From: a virus
Taxonomy: Duplodnaviria; Caudoviricetes
Strand: one strand, 5' to 3'
Virus record (IMG/VR): IMGVR_UViG_3300017649_000012
Location: 1 to 36,365 of that record
Length of the DNA: 36,365 nt
Positions 25,220 through 34,902 of this stretch are shown piece after piece (position 1 is the stretch's first letter; the number at the start of each line of letters is the position of its first letter). The translations under genes and the position numbers were made by a program. The notes beneath the pieces are model-generated. The model was not told the origin of the DNA, made no database searches, and saw only the letters and a program-made list of their open reading frames with translations.

Positions 25220-25744
25220 ATGGAGCCGCACGACGCAATTTTTGAACTGGTGGAGGCGGCCGCTGGCGGCGTGCCGGTCATATTCGCCAACGAGAACGGA
25301 CGACGGCCGGCCATGCCCTACATCACGCTGGCGATCCGCTGGGCGCAGGCCAGCGGTGCCGAGATGGACCGGGTCCGCGATGACGGCGTGCAGGCCGTGC
25401 GCCAGCACGACGACGCCACGGTCGAGCTGCAGGCATATGGCATGGCCGCCTATGACAGGCTGGACGAGCTCGGGTTAATCCTCCGGCATCCCCTTTATCA
25501 GGAGCGCGCCGAGGCGCTGGGCCTGGCGGTATTCGACGTGGGCCGCCTGCAGGATCTGCCGCTACTGCGCGATGTCGCGCGCTACGAGCGGCGCGGCGTG
25601 CTGGAGCTGGGCATCCGCTACGCCCGCGACTTCGCCGCCAACGTGGGTGTGATAGAAACCGTACAGGGCGCCTTCACCACCTCTGGCGGCGCGACCGACA
25701 TGCCCGAAATTCCATTCACCGCGACAGCCGCGCCCGCGCCGTAG
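25220..25744 (+). CDS. Tail terminator/neck protein
   Basis: VIFANENG.RP..PYITL; AGGAG RBS; directly before the sheath gene. Confidence 0.75.
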   Translation: MEPHDAIFELVEAAAGGVPVIFANENGRRPAMPYITLAIRWAQASGAEMDRVRDDGVQAVRQHDDATVELQAYGMAAYDRLDELGLILRHPLYQERAEALGLAVFDVGRLQDLPLLRDVARYERRGVLELGIRYARDFAANVGVIETVQGAFTTSGGATDMPEIPFTATAAPAP

Positions 25745-25765
25745 CGCGACTGTCTTCGCCACCCG

Positions 25766-25794
25766 GCCGCCAGCAGGCGGCTTTTTCATTTTTT
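25766..25794 (+). terminator. Terminator-like hairpin upstream of the sheath gene
   Basis: GCCGCC-AGCA-GGCGGC followed by TTTTTCATTTTTT. Confidence 0.75.
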
Positions 25795-25804
25795 GGAGCC
25801 GCAA

Positions 25805-27163
25805 ATGGCAAATATCGACCGGATCGTCAATGTGGCGATCTCCCTGAACACCACGGCAATCAAGGAGCAGAATTTCTCCGACGTGCTGGTGTTGGGCGCG
25901 CACGCTCTGGATATCAACCGCGTTCTGGTGGTGACGGAGGCATCGGAGCTGCTGGACCTGGGCATCGACCAGGCCGACCCGCTCTACATCGCGGTCCGCG
26001 ACGCGTTCAAGCAGATTCCGGCCGTGCCGCGCATTTTCGTGGGGCGGCGCCACGTCGAGACCTCGCGCGTGACGGTAACGCGCGCCAGCGTCGCCGAGTA
26101 CACGATCACCATGAAATGGCGCGCCGCCGATGGCACAGTCCAGACGGCTGACGCGAAATTCACGGGGTTGGCCGACAGCACGCCCACCACCATTGCCGCA
26201 GGGCTGGTGGCCGCTATCACCGCGTCTGCTGCGCCGGTCGAGGCCAGTGCCGTCGGCGCCGAGGTGTCGATCACGGCAAACGACGCCGAAACCGCCGTCG
26301 CGGTGGCCATCAAGGGCAGTCTGTCGCTGGCGATTCCTACCAGCGCTGAGACGCCCACCGCCGCGCTTACCGCGTGCCGGCGCGAAAACGCGGACTGGTA
26401 CGGGGTGGCGCTGGCCAGCCGGGTGGAGGCGGACGTGCTCGACGCGGCCGAATGGGTCGAGTCTAACGGCTGCCTGTTCGGCGTATCCAGTGCGCAGGCC
26501 GGCATCATCGACGCGGCGGTGGATACCGACATCGCTTCCAAGTGCCAGCAGAAGCAGTATTTCCGGACCCACGTCTGGTATCACGGCCAGGCCGCCAGCG
26601 AGGCGCTGGAATCGGCCGTGATGGCTAACCGCTTCACGTACTACCCGGGCGGCGAAACCTGGGCCAACACGCGGTTGGCGGGCGTCACCTACGACAACCT
26701 CTCCGAGGGCCAGGCCCTGGCAGTGCACGGCAAGAACGCCAACACGTTCGAGCAGATGCGCAACTTCGCCATCACGCAGAACGGAAAGGTAGCCGCCGGC
26801 GAGTGGATCGACGTGATTCGCGGGCGCGACTGGCTCGCCGAGCAGGTGAAGATCAACGTGGCCACGCAGCTGATCAACGCCGACGGCAAGGTGCCCTTCA
26901 CCGACGACGGTATCCAGATCATCGTCAACGGTGTGCGGCAGGCGCTGATGCTGGGTCAGGCGCGCGGGCTGATCGCGCCGGACGAGATCGACAGCGCGGG
27001 CCGCAAGATCCCGGGCTTCGTGATCTCTGCGCCCCGCTCCATGGATATCTCGGCTAACGACAAGGCCAACCGGATTCTGCGCGACCTGAAATTCAGCGCG
27101 CGCCTGGCCGGCGCCATCCACGTGGCCGAGATCAAAGGCAACCTGACCTATCAACAAATCTAA
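25805..27163 (+). CDS. Tail sheath protein (DUF3383 type)
   Basis: IVNVAI, GEWIDVIRGRDWL, KVPFTDDGI, LAGAIH motifs. Confidence 0.92.
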   Translation: MANIDRIVNVAISLNTTAIKEQNFSDVLVLGAHALDINRVLVVTEASELLDLGIDQADPLYIAVRDAFKQIPAVPRIFVGRRHVETSRVTVTRASVAEYTITMKWRAADGTVQTADAKFTGLADSTPTTIAAGLVAAITASAAPVEASAVGAEVSITANDAETAVAVAIKGSLSLAIPTSAETPTAALTACRRENADWYGVALASRVEADVLDAAEWVESNGCLFGVSSAQAGIIDAAVDTDIASKCQQKQYFRTHVWYHGQAASEALESAVMANRFTYYPGGETWANTRLAGVTYDNLSEGQALAVHGKNANTFEQMRNFAITQNGKVAAGEWIDVIRGRDWLAEQVKINVATQLINADGKVPFTDDGIQIIVNGVRQALMLGQARGLIAPDEIDSAGRKIPGFVISAPRSMDISANDKANRILRDLKFSARLAGAIHVAEIKGNLTYQQI

Positions 27164-27177
27164 ACGGGGCGACCAGC

Positions 27178-27606
27178 ATGTCCGTGAAAACCTATGCACC
27201 CGGTCAGATCAAGATCGTGATGGGGGCCATCCCCCTGACCGGCCTGGCCGAAGACACCTTCGTGAACGTCGAAGAAATCGGCGAGGGCATTTCCTCGGTG
27301 GCTGGCGCCGACGGCGAGGTGGCGCGCTCGATGTCGCGGGACTCGCGTCTGCGCATCACCGTGACGCTGCTGCAGACCAGCGCCAGCAATGAGCTGCTGT
27401 CGGCGCTGCACCAAGCCGACAAGGCGACCGACGGTAACGGCGCCGTTCCGGTGGCTGTGACCGACCTGCGCGGGAAATCGCTGCACGCAGCCGATTCCGC
27501 CTGGATCGTCAAGACGCCGGCAGCGGCCTATGCGGCCAAGGTCGGCAATCGGGAATGGGTCATCGAGACCGGCCCGTCCATCAACGTCGTGGGAGGTAAT
27601 ACCTGA
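27178..27606 (+). CDS. Tail tube protein (DUF3277 type)
   Basis: TY.P, GADG, TVTLLQTS.SN..L, REW.I. Confidence 0.88.
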   Translation: MSVKTYAPGQIKIVMGAIPLTGLAEDTFVNVEEIGEGISSVAGADGEVARSMSRDSRLRITVTLLQTSASNELLSALHQADKATDGNGAVPVAVTDLRGKSLHAADSAWIVKTPAAAYAAKVGNREWVIETGPSINVVGGNT

Positions 27607-28091
27607 TGAGTCGCGTTATCTCGGTGCCCATCGGCACCACCACGTTTCATATTGCGCGGTTTGACGCGTTCCGTCAGCTGGAGCTGCTGGGCGACCTGCA
27701 GAAGGAGGTACTGCCGGCGGCCGGGTCCATGTTGGAAGCCGTATTCGCCGGCAACGGCGCCGCACAGGAGCGCGACGAGCAGGCCGTGGTGCAGGCCCTG
27801 CGGGAGCTGTCCGGCCGGCTGGGCGGCGCAGCGCTCAAGCGCTGGGCCGACCAGCTGATCGACCCCGAGCTGGTCAGTTTCGAGCTGCCCGGGCGTGAGC
27901 CGCAGAAACTCACGCCGGCCCAGCGCGGTCTGGCGTTCGAGGATTTCTCCCAGGTGCTCGAACTGATGTACCAAATCCTCCGGCACAACTTCGCCGGCCC
28001 TTTGGCGCGATGGGCCGGCCGCTTTGGACCGGCCCGCGAAAAGCTGGCGACGCTGTCGGGCATTTCGACCCCGCCCTCGAACGAGAGCTGA
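27606..28091 (+). CDS. Tail assembly chaperone (gpG-like)
   Basis: Between tube and tape measure genes; ends ..HNF.. Confidence 0.8.
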   Translation: MSRVISVPIGTTTFHIARFDAFRQLELLGDLQKEVLPAAGSMLEAVFAGNGAAQERDEQAVVQALRELSGRLGGAALKRWADQLIDPELVSFELPGREPQKLTPAQRGLAFEDFSQVLELMYQILRHNFAGPLARWAGRFGPAREKLATLSGISTPPSNES

Positions 28092-28237
28092 TCATCTGGC
28101 GGCCCATTGTGGCCCGCCTCGTCAGCCCGGACGCCGTGCGCCGTGGCGAGGTCGATCTCCTTGACCTCATGAAACTTAACGCCCTGATGGACGCCCAGGA
28201 TGCGGCCCAGGCGCCCGCGAGTGGGAAATTCCAATGA
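28037..28237 (+). CDS. Tail chaperone C-terminal extension (gpT-like), probably reached by -1 frameshift
   Basis: Open -1 frame IWRPIVARLV...VDLLDLMKLNALMD ending in an ATGA overlap with the tape measure start; no good RBS/start of its own. Confidence 0.65.
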   Translation, partial: RKAGDAVGHFDPALERELIIWRPIVARLVSPDAVRRGEVDLLDLMKLNALMDAQDAAQAPASGKFQ

Positions 28238-30507
28238 GCATCGTGCGAGAGCTGGTTACCCTCCTGCGTTACCAGGTGGACGAGTCCGGCCTGAAGAGGT
28301 ACCAGGAGCGCTACCAGGTAGCTCGGACAGCCATGGCGCAGGCGTCGGCCCGCGCCGGCCAGACGTTGCGCCAAGCGGCCGCCAGCAGTGGGCTGGCGGG
28401 GCTGGCCGCTCGGGCGCGCGGTGCCATGCATACGGTGCGCGAGGTGGGTATCGGTGCGTGGGAGGGCGTGCGCCTGGGTATCCAGGATGCGCGTCAGGCG
28501 CAGGAACGCCTGAACAGCAGCGTGGTTCGCGGCGCGCGGCTGGCGCGCGAGCAGGCCGGCGCGTTCAGCGGGCTGCGCGGCGTGTTGAGCGCCGTTTTCG
28601 GGGGGGCGGTGCTGCAGCGGATCGGCGCGGACATCGACGCCTGGGGTCAGATGGAAGCCCGCATGCGGCAGGCCACGGCCTCCGCACAGGAGTATGCCCA
28701 GGTCGATCAGGATCTGGCGCGGATCTCGCGCCTGACCTATAAATCCTACACGGACAATGCCGAGCTGTTCGTGCGCACGCGCCGCACCATGGCTGACCTG
28801 GGAAATACCACCCAGGACACGGTGGACGTGACCGAGGCGCTATCCCTGGGCATGGCGCTGTCCAGCACCAAGGCGCAGGACCAGGAGTCAGTGGTTTCTT
28901 CACTGACCAAGGCCATCATGCAGGGCAAGCTCGGCATGGACGAGTACTCCACGCTGATGCGCGCTGCACCGCGCCTGCAGGTCGCGCTGGCGGATGGGCT
29001 CGGCATCACAACCGCCGCGCTGCTCGAGCAGGTCAAGGCTGGCAGCATCACCACAGACAAGTTTCTGCCGGCGCTGCAGGCGCAGCTCGCCAGGATGCGC
29101 GCCGAGGCGGAGGCCATGCCGGTCACCATCGCCGACGCGATGACGGTGTGGGGCGATGCGTTCCAGAGGTCCTTTGGGCAGATGACGCTCGGGCGCGCCG
29201 CGGTGCTGGGCGTGACCAAGACCATCGAGATGCTGGCCGACAACATCGGCCTGGTGATCAAGCTGTTGGCACTTTCTGGCGGCGCGTGGGGGCTGGTGCG
29301 TCTGCGCAATTGGATGGCGCTGGTGACCCTGCAATCCGGTGGGCTGATGCGCTCGCTGGTGGCGACCACGCGGGCAGCGTTGCGGCTGGACAGCGCGATG
29401 GCGCTACGCCGCGGTCCGGCGGGCGCCCTGCAAATGCTGGCGCTGTGGCGTCGCTCGCTGGCTCCGCTGCTGCGCATGGCGGCGATCCTATACACGATCT
29501 ATCTTATTGGAGACGACATCGCCGGCTGGCTGCGTGGCGATATTTCGGTGCTTGGTGGGCTGATTGGTCGCTCGGAAGAATGGAAGGACCAGATCGACGC
29601 CGTGCGGCAGTTCCTGATCAGCGTCAAGAACGCCCTGGGTGGATCAGGGCAGGAGCTGGGGCCGTGGATTCGTAAGTGGGGGACCATCGCGGTCATGGTT
29701 TATGGGCTGTGGCGCATCCTTTCCCCGGTTCGGGGCCTCATCATGTTCCTGGCGCGCACGGCTGTGCCGCTGCTGTGGCGCGCGTTTGCCATGACGCCCA
29801 TAGGGCGCATTGTGACGCTGGTGGCGGCCGGCCTGTGGCTGATCTGGTCGAACTGGTCGAGCATCGTCAAATTCTTCACGGAATCCTGGACGAGCATCAA
29901 GAACGCCGCGAAGGGCTCGTTCATGGAGCCCGTCATCGAGTACATCGAGGCCATCTGGAATTTCTGGGCGGGCATTCTCAAGGGCGTCATCGCCGCGTTC
30001 ACGGGCGATTGGGACGGCGCCATGGCTCACTGGCGCGGCGCTTTTGAGGGCCTATGGACGTTTTTCTCGGATATCGGCGGCCGTATGGTGCGCAAAATCC
30101 AGGAAATCGGCGATGCCATCGCGAAGTGGATCACCGGCAAGATCGAAGCCGCAGCGCAGTGGTTGCAAAACCTCCTGCCGGGCCAGATGCTGACCGACGA
30201 GCAGCGGGCCGCCATGACGGGGCCCAAGGGGCTGCTGGGAGGTCAGCAGCAATGGCAGGCGTTTGCGTCGGGCGCAGGCGTTCCTCTCGTCTCGGCGGGC
30301 GCTGTCGTGCGCGCTGGCGGCATCGGCGCGCGCGGGCCGGCGTCGATCGAGATCCACAACGAGGTCAACGTCAATGCGCCGGGCGGCGATCCGCAGAAAG
30401 TGGCCAACGCCACGAGCCGCGGCCTGGCCACGACTCAACGGCGCAGCAATGACGCGATGGCGCGGTTCTTCGAGTTTCCGACGGGCGTGGAAGCCCCCGC
30501 TCAGTAG
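28234..30507 (+). CDS. Tail tape measure protein
   Basis: 757 aa; tape-measure N domain (LTKAIMQGKL..DEY.TL...AP), Trp-periodic C-terminal part. Confidence 0.93.
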   Translation: MSIVRELVTLLRYQVDESGLKRYQERYQVARTAMAQASARAGQTLRQAAASSGLAGLAARARGAMHTVREVGIGAWEGVRLGIQDARQAQERLNSSVVRGARLAREQAGAFSGLRGVLSAVFGGAVLQRIGADIDAWGQMEARMRQATASAQEYAQVDQDLARISRLTYKSYTDNAELFVRTRRTMADLGNTTQDTVDVTEALSLGMALSSTKAQDQESVVSSLTKAIMQGKLGMDEYSTLMRAAPRLQVALADGLGITTAALLEQVKAGSITTDKFLPALQAQLARMRAEAEAMPVTIADAMTVWGDAFQRSFGQMTLGRAAVLGVTKTIEMLADNIGLVIKLLALSGGAWGLVRLRNWMALVTLQSGGLMRSLVATTRAALRLDSAMALRRGPAGALQMLALWRRSLAPLLRMAAILYTIYLIGDDIAGWLRGDISVLGGLIGRSEEWKDQIDAVRQFLISVKNALGGSGQELGPWIRKWGTIAVMVYGLWRILSPVRGLIMFLARTAVPLLWRAFAMTPIGRIVTLVAAGLWLIWSNWSSIVKFFTESWTSIKNAAKGSFMEPVIEYIEAIWNFWAGILKGVIAAFTGDWDGAMAHWRGAFEGLWTFFSDIGGRMVRKIQEIGDAIAKWITGKIEAAAQWLQNLLPGQMLTDEQRAAMTGPKGLLGGQQQWQAFASGAGVPLVSAGAVVRAGGIGARGPASIEIHNEVNVNAPGGDPQKVANATSRGLATTQRRSNDAMARFFEFPTGVEAPAQ

Positions 30508-30516
30508 AGGTGTTTC

Positions 30517-31122
30517 ATGACCTTCGTAGCGTTGATGTTCGGGCTGAACTCGAACACGACCATCGGCGTTATCCCGCTGGACGCGCTTCTGAGCGAGAGC
30601 ACCTCGCTGGAGAGCCAGGCCACCAGCTACGCGGTGGAAGACGGGCCGCCGGTGACCGACCACATCGCCCAGGAATCGGAGGTGTTGCAGCTCGACGGCT
30701 GGGTGACGGCGGCGGAAGCGACGATGCTGGGCGCGGTCGGCAGAAGCATTGTCGGCCCGCCCAGCTGGGGCGGCACAGGCCGACAGAAGTTGATCGGCGC
30801 CAAGGCCGCACTGCGCAAGATTCATGCCGACCGGCTGCCGATAACCATTACCACTGGCCTGGACGTGTACGTCGATTTCGCCATGGTCCGCTGCGAGATC
30901 GGCCGCACCAATGAGGCCGGTGACCGTTTCACCATCTCGGCTGAGTTCCGGAAGATCCGAAAGGTGACGTTGCGCCAAGCGGACATCCCGCCGGAGAAAA
31001 CGAGCGGGACGGGAACGGGTAAGGCCGGCAGCACCAAGACGAACGCTGGCAAGGCCAACGGTGCGGAGCCGACGGCGAAGCAGCGAACGGATCTCAGCAA
31101 GATTTTGGGGTGGGGCACATGA
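30517..31122 (+). CDS. Baseplate tube initiator / Dit-like protein
   Basis: LDA.LSE.......T.YAVE.G..VTDH motif after the tape measure gene. Confidence 0.8.
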   Translation: MTFVALMFGLNSNTTIGVIPLDALLSESTSLESQATSYAVEDGPPVTDHIAQESEVLQLDGWVTAAEATMLGAVGRSIVGPPSWGGTGRQKLIGAKAALRKIHADRLPITITTGLDVYVDFAMVRCEIGRTNEAGDRFTISAEFRKIRKVTLRQADIPPEKTSGTGTGKAGSTKTNAGKANGAEPTAKQRTDLSKILGWGT

Positions 31123-31451
31123 TCGTAATCCCCGTGCTCGACGCCAACGACAGCCTCACCGAGGTGGAGCTGGAGGGCGTGACCTATTTTTTCCAGCTCT
31201 CATGGAACAGCGAGGCCGAGCTGTGGACACTCTCCATCGAGAATGCCTACAACGAGGTCATCGTGGCGGGTATTGCCGTGGCGCCCGACACGCCGCTGCT
31301 GGCGCGGTATCGGCATCTCGCCGTGCCGGCCGGCGAGCTCGTGGCGGTGGCGCCTGATCGGCGCAATACGATCAGCCGGACCGCGCTGCCGGCCGGCGAG
31401 GTTGCTCTGATATACGTCGATTCGACCGAGGTGGCAGATGGCGCGCTTTGA
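31119..31451 (+). CDS. Small baseplate protein
   Basis: L.GVTY...L.WN.....W.LSI pattern; synteny. Confidence 0.75.
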   Translation: MIVIPVLDANDSLTEVELEGVTYFFQLSWNSEAELWTLSIENAYNEVIVAGIAVAPDTPLLARYRHLAVPAGELVAVAPDRRNTISRTALPAGEVALIYVDSTEVADGAL

Positions 31452-32358
31452 TCGCGTTTACCGGCTCCTGGTGGGCAAGCCGAACCAGAAAGGGCTCGAG
31501 GTCAGGCAGCCCATTCGGATTACCTTCGACATCAGCAAGGATGCCGAGGAGGAGCCCAACGACCACATCATCCGCATTTACAACCTGGCGCCAGACACGC
31601 GGCGTGCGCTGGAAGAGCCTGGACTGCGCTGCGTGCTGCACGCTGGGTATGCGGAGGAGGGCGGGCCGCTGTTGATGGCCTCGGGATCCGTGGTGTTCGC
31701 GTACACCAAATTCGAGCAGCCCGACGTGGTGACCGAGCTCATCGTGAAGGATGGCTACACCGAGGTGCGCGACACGGCGATTTCCATCGGCCTGGGCCCG
31801 GGCGCACAGGCCAGCAGCATCATCCGCGAGATCGCGCGGCAGATGGGCCTGCCTCTGGTGATGGCCGACGACGTGCCGGACCGCCGCTGGCAGCAGGGAT
31901 TTTCGTTCTACGGTGCGGCGCGCACGGCGCTGCACAAGGTCACGCAGGGAACCGGCCTCGAATGGTCGATCCAGAACCAGCAACTGCAGGTGGTACAGCG
32001 TCGCGGCACCACGCGGCGCCAGGCCGTCGTGCTTGCAGCCGATACCGGCCTGCTGGGCTACCCGGAGCGCATGCGCGAGGCCGCCCGCGAGAAGGCCAAG
32101 GTGAAAGACCTGAAGACGGGCGATGACGTAAACCTGGTGAGCGCACGGCAGCAGCGCGACGGCTGGCGGGTCAACTCCTTGCTGCTGCCAACGCTCAATC
32201 CCGGGGACTTGGTGAGGTTGGAGAGCCGCACGGTTGAGGCTTTCTTGCGTGTCGACGCGCTGCGTCACACCGGCGACAGCGCCGGCGGCGACTGGCAGAC
32301 CGAGCTGCAGTTGGTGGACCGCTACGCACCTCCGAAAAAGAAAGGGGGAACGAAATGA
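31438..32358 (+). CDS. Baseplate hub protein
   Basis: I.F.ISK...PN...IRIYNL, AGY, WSIQN, TGLLG.PE, LLLP. Confidence 0.83.
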   Translation: MARFDRVYRLLVGKPNQKGLEVRQPIRITFDISKDAEEEPNDHIIRIYNLAPDTRRALEEPGLRCVLHAGYAEEGGPLLMASGSVVFAYTKFEQPDVVTELIVKDGYTEVRDTAISIGLGPGAQASSIIREIARQMGLPLVMADDVPDRRWQQGFSFYGAARTALHKVTQGTGLEWSIQNQQLQVVQRRGTTRRQAVVLAADTGLLGYPERMREAAREKAKVKDLKTGDDVNLVSARQQRDGWRVNSLLLPTLNPGDLVRLESRTVEAFLRVDALRHTGDSAGGDWQTELQLVDRYAPPKKKGGTK

Positions 32359-33053
32359 AAAATCCGATCACGGCGCTGCGTGCGCTGATCGCTACCGAGC
32401 TGTCCGAGGTGTACACGACGTTGCCGGGCGAAGTGGTGGCCTACGACGGCACGCACGTCACGGCGCGCCCGGCGCTCGCCAAGCGCTTGGCCAATGGCGA
32501 TGTGCTGTCGCCGCCGCAGATCGTGCACGTCCCGGTCTGCTGGCCGGTGGGCGACGTGAACGGCGCGCAGGCGCTGATCTCGGTGCCGCTCAAGGCGGGC
32601 GACCCGATCAAGTTGTCCTTCTCAGCGCGTGCCCTGGAGAATTGGTTGGCGGGCAGCAACGGCCCGCCAGATGATCCGCGGCAGTTCGACCTGTCCGACG
32701 CGTTCGCCACGCCCGTGGTTCGTCCCGGCACGGTGGCGGCCGACACGGAAAACGTCAGCATGCAGTACGGGCCCGGCACCTTGAAACTGTCGCCGCAGGG
32801 CGATCTGACGATCAACGTGAAAACGTGGACCGTCAACATGGAAACAGGCACGTTCAACGGCCCTCTCACGGTAAACGGGCTGCTGACATACACCCAGGGC
32901 ATGAACGGTTCCGGTGGCGAGAGCGGTGAGACGATTAACATCGACGGCAACGTCAACTTCCGCAACGGCTCGCTAACCCACAACGGCACGAACGTTGGCA
33001 GCACGCATAAACACCCGAACGGAATGGGTGGCATGACGGAGGATCCTGTCTGA
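32355..33053 (+). CDS. Baseplate central spike (gpV/Gp138-like)
   Basis: T.LPG.VV.YD OB-fold, R.FDLSDA, beta-helix repeats, terminal HKH metal motif. Confidence 0.88.
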   Translation: MKNPITALRALIATELSEVYTTLPGEVVAYDGTHVTARPALAKRLANGDVLSPPQIVHVPVCWPVGDVNGAQALISVPLKAGDPIKLSFSARALENWLAGSNGPPDDPRQFDLSDAFATPVVRPGTVAADTENVSMQYGPGTLKLSPQGDLTINVKTWTVNMETGTFNGPLTVNGLLTYTQGMNGSGGESGETINIDGNVNFRNGSLTHNGTNVGSTHKHPNGMGGMTEDPV

Positions 33054-33421
33054 TGAGCCTCGATCTTGCACTTGGCGAGGACCACGACCTGGCCACCGAT
33101 GCGCTGGGCCGCACTCGCCTGATCGGCGGCGCGGACCGCATCCGTCAGCAGATCAAGGTGACGCTGCTGGCTTTCCTCGGGGAATGGTTTCTCGATACCT
33201 CCTTCGGGGTGCCATATTTCGAGAACATTCTGGTAAAGAACCCCGACCGGGCGACGATCGAGGCCGTGCTGCGCGCCCGCATCCTGGATGTGCCGGGCGT
33301 GGCCCGCGTTGGCCGCCTCACGCTCGAGATCGAGCGAACCCAGCGCGCGCTGCGCGTCACGTTCGAGTCGGAAACGACCGACGGCAGAGTCAACGACGTT
33401 GTGACGCTCCAGGTGTCGTAA
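33053..33421 (+). CDS. Baseplate wedge/sheath initiator (gp25-like)
   Basis: FLGEWFLDTSFGVPY...IL.VPGV. Confidence 0.83.
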   Translation: MSLDLALGEDHDLATDALGRTRLIGGADRIRQQIKVTLLAFLGEWFLDTSFGVPYFENILVKNPDRATIEAVLRARILDVPGVARVGRLTLEIERTQRALRVTFESETTDGRVNDVVTLQVS

Positions 33422-33450
33422 ACCACCCTGGATTTTTTGCGAGGTTACCT

Positions 33451-34902
33451 ATGGCCTACGGCGTAACGCCGGATGGGTTTGTGCGCATGCGCCTGCCCGA
33501 AATCCGGCAGGCAATCATTGAGGATCTGCGGGCCCGGCTACTGGCGGCGGGCGTCAGCGAAACCATGGAGACTCGGCCGGACAGCATCACCGGCCTGCTG
33601 ATCGACACGTTCGCCGAGCGCGAAGCCGCGCTGTGGGAGCAGACGGAGGGAGTCTACCTAGCGATGTATCCGGACTCGGCCAGTGGCGTATCACTGGACC
33701 GCGCGGTGTCGTTCACGGGCGTGCAGCGGCGGACGGACGAGCAGTCGCGAGCCTATGTGGTGCTGTATGGCGCCAGCGGCACGACGGTGCCGGCAGGTGC
33801 CCAGGTCCGGCACCGCGTGAGCCAGAACCTCTGGCATCTGGAATCTGCCGTGCAGATCCTGCCCGGTGCTGCCGCAGACGTGACGCTGCAGCCGGAGGTC
33901 CAGGGTGGCGCGCTCTATTCAGTGACCATCGACGGCCAGCCGCGCACGTACACGGCGGCCGCAGTTACGAACCTGCCTGCCATTCTGGCCGGCCTGGTGG
34001 CGGCGCTGGAACCGAGTGGGTTGGCTGTTTCCAGTGACGGCGCGACCGTGCGCATCCACACTGATGGGCGCGTGGCCGCAGCGTTCACCTGGTCGGCGAA
34101 CCTCTCGCTGGTGCGCCTGGGCTCGCCTGGCCTGGCACTCTCCGACGGCGCGTCGGAGGAGACGGCCGCCGTCGGCGACCTGAACGGTATTGTGACGGCC
34201 GTGGACGGCTGGCAGGCCGTTGAGAACCTGCAGGCAGCAATCGCGGGGCGACTGGCCGAGAACGACGCCGAGCTGCGCGCCCGATATCCGACGGGCCTGT
34301 TCCGCCTCGGCGCGGCCACGCTTCCCAGCATCGCACCGAACATCCGGGACCGAGTGGCAGGCGTGCGCGCCCTGCGGGTGTTTCAGAATGACTCCGACGT
34401 GACGGACTCCGCAGGGCGGCCGCCGCACAGCATACACGCGGTGGTCGATGGCGGGCTGGACGATGAGGTGGCCAAGGCCATCTTCCGCACGAAGGCCGCG
34501 GGCATCGACACCCACGGCAGCATTGAGGTCGTTGTCACGGACGACGAGGGGGCCATGCAGCCTATCCGATTCGACCGCCCGGAGAGGGTCTACGTATGGG
34601 TGTCGTGCGCGGTAACGCTGTTGCCGCCGGCTGAGCAGCCATTTCCACCGGATGGCTTTGACGCCATCGCCGCCAATCTGGCCGCAGCCGGCGAGAGTTT
34701 CTCCATCGGTGATGATGTGATCCGACAGAGGCTGTTTGGGGCCATCTATCAAACGCAGGGCATTGCGTCGGTAGAGCTGCTCCTGGCATCGTCCACAGAC
34801 CCGGGGTTTGTGCCTGAGCCTGGCGACTATTCCGCCTCGAACATCGAGATCCTGGATATGCAGGTCGCGGTGTTTGATCGCTCGCGCATCGAGGTGACGT
34901 GA
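33451..34902 (+). CDS. Baseplate J/gp47-family wedge protein
   Basis: MAYGVTPDGF, P.SASGVSLD, END.ELR.R, PPHSI.AVVDGG, KAAGI.T.G; GAGG RBS. Confidence 0.9.
   Translation: MAYGVTPDGFVRMRLPEIRQAIIEDLRARLLAAGVSETMETRPDSITGLLIDTFAEREAALWEQTEGVYLAMYPDSASGVSLDRAVSFTGVQRRTDEQSRAYVVLYGASGTTVPAGAQVRHRVSQNLWHLESAVQILPGAAADVTLQPEVQGGALYSVTIDGQPRTYTAAAVTNLPAILAGLVAALEPSGLAVSSDGATVRIHTDGRVAAAFTWSANLSLVRLGSPGLALSDGASEETAAVGDLNGIVTAVDGWQAVENLQAAIAGRLAENDAELRARYPTGLFRLGAATLPSIAPNIRDRVAGVRALRVFQNDSDVTDSAGRPPHSIHAVVDGGLDDEVAKAIFRTKAAGIDTHGSIEVVVTDDEGAMQPIRFDRPERVYVWVSCAVTLLPPAEQPFPPDGFDAIAANLAAAGESFSIGDDVIRQRLFGAIYQTQGIASVELLLASSTDPGFVPEPGDYSASNIEILDMQVAVFDRSRIEVT

Noticed and set aside
25062-25478. 138-aa ORF spanning the structured gap
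   Set aside because: No RBS, Pro/Arg-rich shadow composition, overlaps the real neck gene out of frame.
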